Source: Octopus sinensis
Lineage: Eukaryota
DNA length: 64,000 nt
NCBI RefSeq assembly: GCF_006345805.1
Contig: NC_042997.1
Coordinates: 159,216,001-159,280,000 of the forward strand
Reading direction: 5' to 3'
Made by a program: the position numbers and the translations under genes. Under the pieces are notes generated by a model. It was given only the letters and a program-made list of their open reading frames with translations. It did not search any database and was not told where the DNA came from. Every line of letters starts with the position of its first letter. Position 1 is the first letter of the stretch. Shown in pieces: positions 53,421 to 64,000 of the stretch.

Positions 53421-54692
53421 GGCTTCCATTCCTCCATGTCAGCTACCTTTTTCTTAACTATGACATTAATTTCTATACTCTCCGATGCCATTGCTTGTTC
53501 AACAATACCTCAAGCTGTTCTTGGAGAAAGGAGACATAAAGAAATGTCAAACTTAGCCCAAACATCCTATGTATATATGTGTGTGCATGTATGCTTCTAT
53601 ACATGCTTATACAATGGCAAGGTAGATTGACATGTATGAATATCAATGTCTTTCTCCTTATGTCATTATGTACTGATTATAAAGCAAATGAACAATTTGC
53701 TTTTACAATCACTTATTTGGCTAAAAAGGAAAGCTATGTCCCCCTCAAATCATATTGTAATAAAAAAAAAATACATTAGTATTGTTCCCAACAGGCAAAA
53801 CAACAAGATGACTACAGCAAGAATGCATTTAATCATTAGATCTTGATCAGAACTGACATGCTGCTAAACAACAGATTCAAAGAAATGAGAAATTTTTCAT
53901 GCATTCCTGGTCCTACTAGAGGTAGCAACAAAGTCTCCTTCAAATAACCACATTCTCCTATCTTAAAAAAGAAAATGAGAAACACATGGGACAATGTAAT
54001 CCAAAATATATTGAATGATCATGGTTATTATATATTTGAACATATTTCCACTCAGTCAAGCATAACCAGCAGATAAATAACAAGAAGCAAGCATTGAAAT
54101 AAAACATTGCAAACAGACATAAGAATCATGTTAACATAAGAGTGTGCAGGAAGCAATGAGAGAAATTATGTATTATCCGAGATTAAACAGAGGCAATTAG
54201 TCATTGAAACCAAACTACAGAGGTGATGATACATTCAAGACAGATCATGACGCCAGGAATTATTATCAGGGAAGCTAGTTTGTTGAATTAGTAATTAAAA
54301 TTAGAAAAACATAGTTCTAAATATCACGCAACTCTATGCCTTGATGCATAATGAATAAACAGATAAATAAAACAAATAAATAAATAATCTACTTAAGAAT
54401 AAACAAATAAACTTCCTTTTGTGGTCATCTCAGAAAGTAGTAAATTTGGAGGAAGGCTGATGAAATGTATTTTGTTCAAAACATAATTACACATGCACAC
54501 ACACACACACACGATTTTTTTAATATAAATATATAAATGTGTGTATATTCTTTGATATCTTTCAAAATATATGCAGATATAGTATTCTATAATTTTATTC
54601 ATATATATATATGCCCATGGGCATATAGCGTAGTGGTTAAGAGTGCAGGCTACTAACCCCAAGATTCCAAGTTTGATTCCAGGCAGTGACCT

Positions 54693-55314
<622 letters not shown>

Positions 55315-55382
55315 AACAACAACAACAACAACACCAACAAAAATACCTTAGGAATGAGAACCCAGGTTTGAAATTTCCCAAA

Positions 55383-55428
55383 GACACCAGATGAAGGCTG
55401 GAGGGTATATCAGCCGAAATGTTGTGTT
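55383..55428 (+). ncRNA. Degenerate type I hammerhead-ribozyme motif
   Basis: gacac-CaGATGA-a-ggctg-gagggtatat-cagcc-GAAA-tg-TT-gtgtt. Helix I (5 bp with one G-U) and helix II (5 bp) are intact; core U4 reads A. Confidence 0.6.
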
Positions 55429-55502
55429 AACAACAAACAAGATGAGAACAAATATCCATCAATTTTAAATAGTGTATATATATGTATTTATGTCTGTATA
55501 TA

Positions 55503-55554
<52 letters not shown>

Positions 55555-56715
55555 GCTTCTTTCAGTTTCCATCTATCAAATCCACTCACAAGGCTTTGGT
55601 CAGCCTGAGACTATAGTAGAAGACACTTGTCTAAGATGCCATACAGCAGGACTGAACCCAGAACCATGTGGTTGGGAAGCAAGCTTCTTACTACACAATC
55701 ACATCTGTGCCTTTATTTACTTACATACAAGAGAAAAAATACTCAATTCATGTAGTAATTGTATTCATATATTTATTACTATATAAGAGTGTGTGTGTGT
55801 GTGTGAGTGCATGTGTGTGTGTGAGTGGTGTGTGGTGTGTGTGTGTACATCATCATCATCATCGTCACCTTTATGCTAGCTTTTTCCATCCTGACATAGG
55901 CTGGGTGAGACTGACTGAGGTAATATTTCTAAGACTGGATGACCTACCTGACACAAACCTTTATTAGCTTTCAAGTTAGATACACCATTACCTGTCTCTA
56001 CAGCTTTGATTCACCAAAATGCTAATCATTTTGTTCATATGTGGTATAAAGATGTCAATCACAATCCAAACATTATCAAAGAGAAGACTTACTCATATTG
56101 CCAGATACATTGAGACACAAACAGCCGGTAACATAGGACACACAAACAATTGTGTAGACAAAGAGGTAATATCCAGTAACTAACAGACTAACAAATACAA
56201 AGATTAACACACTAAGTAAAAATAAAATAAACGCTATCAAAATTTGTGGAGCAACAGACTGAGCTCTGGATTGGATGAAACAAGGTTGTAAAAGAAAGGG
56301 CTGCTGCAAACTATAATTTAAGTATGACTAAGAGCAGGTTCTAAAAATAAATATGTCCACAGAGAAAACCTTTAACTCAGAACCCTCATACCCTGAAAAA
56401 AGGAAAAAAGAAAACATAAGGTATGGCTGGGCTAAAAATGGATTTTTACACAAAGTTTAAGGAAGAGGTAAACTGTAGAATTGCAGCAGTGTTGGTGGTA
56501 GGGAACAGTAGGTGGAGAGAGAGAGAGGGATTTGGTTCATATTACCTCTAAACTAGGTGCTTGTTTTTGAAGAAGAGGTTAGTAACTCCATCTGGTATAG
56601 GATGATGTTGATGTTTGATCTTCTGCCTGGAAGTCAGTCAGAATATGACATTCATGATAATTCACTTTCAAGTCAAAGAGAGTAAATGAGTACCAGATAG
56701 GGATTAAGCAGAACA

Positions 56716-56716
<1 letters not shown>

Positions 56717-56770
<54 letters not shown>
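56717..56770. repeat. (CA)n microsatellite
   Basis: Direct reading. Confidence 0.98.
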
Positions 56771-56772
<2 letters not shown>

Positions 56773-57470
56773 CTTATTCATGTACAGGAACATAAAACAC
56801 TTCCGAGTGTGTGTATATATGTGTATACACACACACACACATACATTATACCTGTGTTTATTTTAGTATATGAGGAGGGAAGATAAAGAGGGGAAGAAAA
56901 CATATCTAATCCCTAAAACAATCCCAACCCAATTCAATTTGTCCCTACCACCCACTCCCCAAATGGCCCCTGTTTCTTAAATATGATAAAATGCTTATCA
57001 TCAATAACTTGTAGTGACAAGCATAAAATAAGGATGGGGGGGGGGACATGCAGTGCCAACATGAAATTAGACAAATTTGGGTACCTACAATAAAACTTAT
57101 TTCAAAGTATAAAAAAGTAGTATAAAATAAATTATAATAAAACAAAATAAATAAAAAAATCTAGAAAGGAGAAATTGTCCCCTGTTGAGAAAAAGTAATA
57201 CTGATAGCTCCCCTGATAAGTTGTTACTGATAAGGCAAAAGTAAATAATGTACCAAGATATGAATTAGAAAAAAAGGGAGTTAGGGAATTATTTTGCTCA
57301 TCGTTTCTTGAATTCTCACCCCAGTGTTAAATAAATATGAGTTTTAAGATGACTAAAAACAAAATGTTTATGAAAATCTCTTCCTCAACAGCATGTTTAT
57401 GAACAGGACTTTGCCAGCTGGGAAAGAAACTACTGTCTTTGATAAACTACCAGATAAATACTACAATCTA

Positions 57471-57505
<35 letters not shown>

Positions 57506-58976
57506 GTGATGCTGCCATTACTCCAAACAGGAAGAGCCAGTTGTTAAACTATAAAAATGAATTTTATAAATTTTTTCACAACTTCCTTTTCAGATTTCTT
57601 ATATCAGCCTATCTGAGATTACTCATAGCTCTGTGGTATAAAATTTCCAATTCTAAAATAGTCACTTTTAAATTAAAACTGTCCATCAAATTTTATAGAA
57701 GAATATTGTGTTAATTTATATTCCAAACATTAATATAATAGTGATGAAATTACTTTCAGTGTTAATTTGAAAGTCAAGCAGCATATTTCATCAGTAATAT
57801 GGTAATGAAAGAGTTAAAACAGAAGCATGACAAATCTTTAAAAATTATTAAAAAATTTTTGTAACTTCATAGATAGAGGCATGGTGGTATGGGTAAAGAA
57901 GTTCACTTGGTAGTCACATGATTTGGGGTTCAATCCTGCAATGTGGTCTCTTGAACAAGTGTCTTCTATTATAGATGACTTGTGAGTGAATTTAGTGGAT
58001 GGAAACTGTGAGGAAGTTCATTACGTGTGTGTGTGTGTATGCATATGTCATCATCAGCAGCAGCATGGAGGCACAATGGCCCAGTGGTTAGGGCAGCGGA
58101 CTGGCATTTGGAGGATCGTGGTTTCGATTCCCAGACCAGGCATTGTGTGTGTTTATTAAGCGAAAACACCTAAAGCTCCACGAGGCTCCGGCAAGGGGTG
58201 GTGGCGACCCCTGTTGTACTCTTTCGCCCCAACTTTCTCTCACTCTTTCTTCCTGTTTCTTGTCCCCGACTTCCTACACAACCGCTGAGCCTGGATGCAC
58301 ATTCATCCATCCGTCGATGCTCTCAGTGTCGGGGGTTGACCTGCTTTCTCTTCTGCGGGTCTTACTAATAGCAAAGGACCATGTATCGGACTTCTCCCAC
58401 TACGGACAAAGACTGCTTCACTCAACAAACAAACAAACAAAGAAATTATCAGCAGCATCATTGTTTAATGTCCTCCTTTCATGTTGGCATGGGCTGGATG
58501 ATTTGACAGGAGCTGGCCATATCTTTGTGTGTCTTTGTCCCGGTTTGTCTTGTCACTGCTTGACAATCAGTGCTAGTTTGCTCATGTCCCTGTAACTTAG
58601 TGGTTTGACAAAAGACACCAACAGAATAAGTACAAGATTAAAGAAGTAAGTACTGGGGTTGATTAGTTTGACCAAAACCCTTGAAGGTGGTGCCCCAGCA
58701 TGGCTAGAGTCCAGTGACTAAAACAAGTAAAAGATATTTTTTCAAATGTTGGTGCAGGTTGTATGAATGTGCTCTTTTACTTTTTTGCTTGTTTCAGTCA
58801 TTTGACTGAGGCCATGCTGGAGCACCCCTTTTAGTCGAGCATATCAACCCCAGGTCTTATTCTTTGGAAGCCTAGTACTTATTCTATTGGTCTCTTTTGC
58901 TGAACCGCTAAGTTACGGGGATGTAAACACACCAGCATCGGTTGTCAAGCAATGTTGGGGGAGGGGACAAACACAC

Positions 58977-59009
<33 letters not shown>

Positions 59010-59917
59010 GACGGGCTTCTTTTAGTTACTGTCTACCAAATCCACTCACAAGGCTTTGGTCGGCCCAAGGCTATTGTAGAAGACACTTGCCCAAAGTGCC
59101 ACGCAGCGGGACTGAACCCGGAACCATGTGGTTGGTAAGCAAGCTACTTACTACACAGCAAGTCTTGCGCCTATGTTATTTGTAAATATTTATTTGCCAT
59201 CTATGAATACTGCAGTAGAAAAGCTGTGATGCTAAAACAATGTTGGACTTCTGCCCAGATGGTTATGTAGTTCAAAGCTTATGGCTTACAAACAATCTGT
59301 AATGCTTCTTAACAAGATGTCTAACTTAATACATTGCACTGTCTGTTACACTCAGACATGGTGGACAATTGATCCCACTTCTAAGTGATTAAAATAGGAA
59401 GGGTGTATGGCTGTAAATAGCAAAAAGAAACCAAAAATAAAGTAAATGGCAAATGTTCCAACAATACTCAAATGCCAAAATTTTCAAGCACAGTGTAAGC
59501 TCGCATTAAAAAAAATAAAATATGCAAACACAGTTATGAGAATATATTTCTGTCATGAATTTGAAAGAGTGATGAAGTATTTTTTTCTGTTGAGACATTA
59601 GTGGCATGGCTGAAGAAGGAAGTTGTACTTTTAAAATCCTGTTGTTTCACTGATTTTGTTATGATAATTGGGGTAATGGAGAGGCTCCCAGAGAAGTTCA
59701 GATTCAACCATATTCTTTTACTCTTTTACTTGTTTCAGTCATTTGACTGTGGCCATGCTGGAGCATCACCTTTAGTCAAGCAAATCGATCCCAGGACTTA
59801 TTCTTTGTAAGCCTAGTACTTATTCTATCAGTCTCTTTTGCCAAACAGCTAAGTTACAGGGATGTAAACACACCAGCATCGGTTGTCAAGCGATGTTGGG
59901 AGGGGGGACAAACACAG

Positions 59918-59950
<33 letters not shown>

Positions 59951-61099
59951 CGACGGGCTTCTTTCAGTTTCTGTCTACCAAATCCACTCACAAGGCTTTG
60001 GTCAGCCCAAGGCTATAGTAGAAGACACCTGCCTGAGGTGCCACGCAGTGGGACTGAACCCGGAACCATGTGGTTGGTAAGTAAGCTACTTACCACACAG
60101 CCACTCCTGTGCTGTATTTTACTTTGCTCTTTATATACCCATAGTCACTAATATTGGTTTGAAATTTTGGCACAAAGCCAGCAAGATGGCAGAGTAAAGC
60201 AATTACAAATACTCCATTTCCTAATTGGTGCTTATTTTACTGACCCCCAGAAGGGTGAAAGGCAAAATCAACCTCAACAATATTTGAAATCATAATATAA
60301 AGAGCCAAAAGAAATGCCACTAAGAATTTTGATCCAACATGCTAACGATTCAGCCAGCTTCACATGGCCAATTATATTACTACCTGTTTTGTATTGGAGT
60401 TCAATCAATTGATTACACAACCTACTTTCAAATTTTGGGCCTTGTGTCAGACAAAATGCTTTGAAGTATTTAGTTATGAATCTTTACATTCTGAGTTCAA
60501 ATCCTGCCGAGGTCAACTTTGATTTTCATCCCTTAGAACTTGATAAAATACAATATTGCTCAACTACTGGATCTACTTAAATGACTATCCCACAGCAGAC
60601 ACACATAAACAAATTTCAGATCCTGTGCCAGAGTAAGAAACAACTGCTATGATCATCTCAGTGATAGATAAAGAGATTATTAAAATTTTATAAATATACA
60701 AAAGAGAAAACAGTCAAAAGACATCTTAACCCAGCTGGTATCATCAAAAATATCAATACAATATAAAACATATAAAATGAATTAGAAAAAAACCCAAACA
60801 TACCAAGCCCGTTAAAAAAACATTCCCTAAAAAAGGGTTCTGCCAAAAGCATCCTTCTTTCAGCTCCTTGTAAGGGAAATTACATACACATTCTATTTCT
60901 AAAAATCAAAATATTTATATTTCTTATCACAGAAAGGTAAGTGGGAATAAAGGACAATTACTTTCCCATTTTTATGTAAGATAAGATTATTATTATTTCT
61001 ATTATTAACATTATTTTTGTACAGTTATCATTGTTATCATTATTCAGTTGTCTTATTTTGCTTGTGATTTCACTGCACTATGAAGCATAGTGCACAGTG

Positions 61100-61250
61100 T
61101 TTGTTTTGTTTTGTTTATTATCATTATTATTTAAGATGTCGAACAGTATCCAATATCGTAATGTTGATTGAAGATATTGTGTCTACTGGGGGTTTGTACT
61201 GTCTGTCCTGTCTCAACAAGGATCTCAGACAGTATTTTATGGAACTATAC
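61100..61250 (-). mobile_element. R4/Dong-like 3'UTR fragment
   Basis: Reverse-complement match to 2310-2440 (gtacaaa...gacacaatatcttcaatcaac...acgatatt). Confidence 0.7.
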
Positions 61251-61269
61251 ATATATTGTAATTATTATT

Positions 61270-62290
61270 ATTATTATTAAGGCAGCGAGCTGGCAGGATT
61301 GTTAGCATGCTGGACGAAATGCTTAGCAGTATTTCGCCCATTGCCATGTTCTGCAAATTCTGCCGAGGTCAACTTTGCCTTTTATCCTTTCAGGGTGAAT
61401 AAAATAAGTACCAGTTGAACACTGGGGTCGATGTAATCAACTCATCCTCACTTCCCTAAAGCTGCCCTTGTGGCAAAAATTTGAAATAATAATTATCATT
61501 ATTATTATCATCATTATTATTATTATTAAGGTAGGTGAGCTGGCAGAAAAGTTAGCGCGCTGGGCGAAATGCTTAGCAATATTTTGTCTGCCATTACGTT
61601 CTGAGTTCAAATTTCACCAAGGTCAACTTTGCCTTTCATCCTTTTGGGGTTGATTAAATAAGTACCAGTTACGCACTGGGGTCGATATAATCGACTTAAT
61701 CCGTTTGTCTGTCCTTGTTTGTCCCTTCTGTGTTTAGCCCCTTGTGGGTAGTAAAGAAATAGATGAGCTGGCAGAATCATTAACACGCCACACAAAATGC
61801 TTAGCAGCATTGCTTCCAGTTTTTTGTTTTGTGTTCAAATGCCATCAAGGTTCACTTTGCCTTTCATCCTTTTGGGATCAATTAAATAAGTACCAGTTGG
61901 GCATCAGGGTCTATATAATCGACTGGCCCCTTCCCATCAAAATTTTGAGCTTTGTGCCTATCAGAGTAAGTTAATTATTAATATCAATTTAAGTAGAGAT
62001 GAGCTGGCAGAATCATTTGCAAGTCAGACAAAATGCTTAGCAGCATTTATTCTGGGTCTTTACATTCTGATTTCAAATTCCATTAAGGTCGACTTGGCAT
62101 ATCATCCTTTTATGGTAAATAAAACAAGTACCAGTTGAATATTGGGGCTGATGTAAAATTACCAGTCTTGTACCAAAATTTGAAACCACTATTGTTTGAG
62201 GAGGTGGATTAATAGAATTGCTAGAGTGTAGGATAAAATAACTTGCAGTATTTAGATATGACTCTTTATGTTCTGAGTTCAAATCCCACC
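61270..62290 (+). mobile_element. Second head-to-tail array of about five family-A-type SINE copies
   Basis: gagctggcag heads at about 61285, 61535, 61765 and 62000, plus a decayed copy at about 62210. Confidence 0.85.
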
Positions 62291-62562
62291 TTCGTTATTG
62301 GTTATAGATTTCCATCAATTCAATCATTTATTCACTGCATTTGCAATGGCAAGAGTGTTAGATTGTATACACTACTCTGGCAGGATAAGTGTTTTTGTTT
62401 GCATACAGCTGTTTAACAGATTTCTTGGTGTTGCATATATCTATGTATGTTTAGTATACTAGTTTAATAGTACAGAGAAAAACTTATGGCTATCTATAAT
62501 ACATATAATGCACACATACATAAATATATATCTATATACATGCATATTCATATGTGTGTGTC

Positions 62563-62603
<41 letters not shown>

Positions 62604-62774
62604 GTATATGCATATATACACATATATATATATGTGTGTGTATGATGGGTTTCAACATAGTTGCTCAACTTGGTAGAAATAACAGCTGAATTTCTCTCTT
62701 ATCACATCCCACTTCCTTTACATTTCACAATGCACTCCTAGATATAAAATGTTTCTTTGATAACAGGTCTCCTC

Positions 62775-63105
62775 AGTTAGGATGGCTCAGTGGTTAAAGC
62801 ATCGAGCTTATGATCGTGAGGTTGTGAGTTTGAATCCTGGACCAGGCTGCGTGTTGTGTTCTTGAGCAAGACACTTTATTTCACGTTGCTCCAGTTCACT
62901 CAACCGTAGAAATGAGTTGCGACGTCACAGGTGTGAAGCTGTATTGGCCTTTGACTTTCCCTTGGATAGCACTGGTGGCATGGAGAGGGGAGGCCGGTAT
63001 GCATGGGCGATTGCTGGTCTTCCATAAGCAACCTTGCCCGGACTTGTGCCTGGGAGGGTAACTTTCTAGGTGTGATCCCACAGTCAGTCATGACTGAAGG
63101 GAGGG
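62775..63105 (+). mobile_element. tRNA-derived SINE
   Basis: A box tggctcagtgg and B-box-like gagtttgaatcc. The body is related to 12436-12702, 8340-8620 and 7310-7600. Confidence 0.85.
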
Positions 63106-63261
63106 GTCTCAAAGCTAAACAAGAACACTAATACCAATAACAACACCATCACAATCATCAGTAATGATTGGCATCATTATGCTAACGCTATCATCCTGAT
63201 TACTAACCAAGGCCATCAAACAACAACCACAAACTGTTTATGAAATAGTCTAAATGCACAC

Positions 63262-63292
<31 letters not shown>

Positions 63293-64000
63293 TAATAATA
63301 ATAATAATAACAACAAGAACAAGATCAACGGCCAGAAAACAATAATTTCTTCAGCTAGAGAAAAGATGAAGAGGAGAGGAAAATTGGCTTAATCTAGTCT
63401 GTCCACTTTGCTGACATGTAAATAATGTCCACTCTACTGATGTGTAAATAAGATGAGAAACAAGCAAGAATTAAGTTGAAATAGTGGAGTGAATAGCTTA
63501 TGCAAATATTGAACTAAAGAATAGTGCACGGTTCTTTAAATCTGCTTGTGGCAGAATGACATAGATGTACAAGTGATGGGTAATGAATGTGGAGGAGAGC
63601 GAGATAAAGATAACATCAAGGTAGTGATTATGATGGTAATAATGATTGCAATTTCATGATGATGATGACGATGATGATGATGACCAATTGATTGATTACT
63701 CTGAATTGGCCAATATGATGCTGGATGGTGATGGTGGAGATATGGTAATGTATTTTTAAGAGCAGACCTAATCTGATCAAGGTGACCTATGATCAAAGCG
63801 GTTCCAGCTGTGACCATCCAGTCATTTTTCTGTCCAGGGATTATATATCTAGGACTACATTATCCAATGTAATTCTTTAATTTTGATTTCATGAACCTGC
63901 TACTAATAAATTCCATAAATGTCTCAGTGATAATGTTAATGTTGTCATTATTGTTTTATCCCAAGTAGGTTCTCATTAAGCAGAACTATGATCAAAAGAC

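Noticed and set aside
56093-56179. Candidate 5'UTR exon with donor atga|GTAAGT
   Set aside because: Splice-site match only; such matches are frequent by chance in this composition.
62401-62436. Possible fifth hammerhead relic (tgca...aaac-agct-gta-tgca on the minus strand)
   Set aside because: The helix I/III-like parts are present, but both core boxes are destroyed, so it is too degenerate to call.

Overview
AT-rich eukaryotic genomic DNA, rich in microsatellites. The repeat content (tRNA-headed SINEs, RTE and R4/Dong LINE remnants, Penelope-like remnants, mariner derivatives) looks cephalopod, probably Octopus; this is recall-based, not a search result. One minus-strand, multi-exon protein-coding gene can be assembled from phase-compatible GT-AG exons: 50296-49295 (ATG at 50259), 35140-34960, 14251-14204, 11163-11055 and 9313-9165. 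This gives a minimal 483-aa product with a predicted N-myristoylated disordered N-terminus, a short coiled coil and a C-terminal domain I do not recognise. Extra exons in the 20.7-kb intron cannot be excluded. Almost all other ORFs in the track are microsatellite or transposon artefacts. The most interesting signal is four hammerhead-ribozyme-like motifs. Two (32401-32447 and 52316-52389) keep the complete catalytic core and lie sense to the gene. One (55383-55428) sits at the 3' end of a tRNA-headed, SINE-like element that also carries a ~620-nt (GAC)n tract. None is shown to be active, and each has at least one structural defect.
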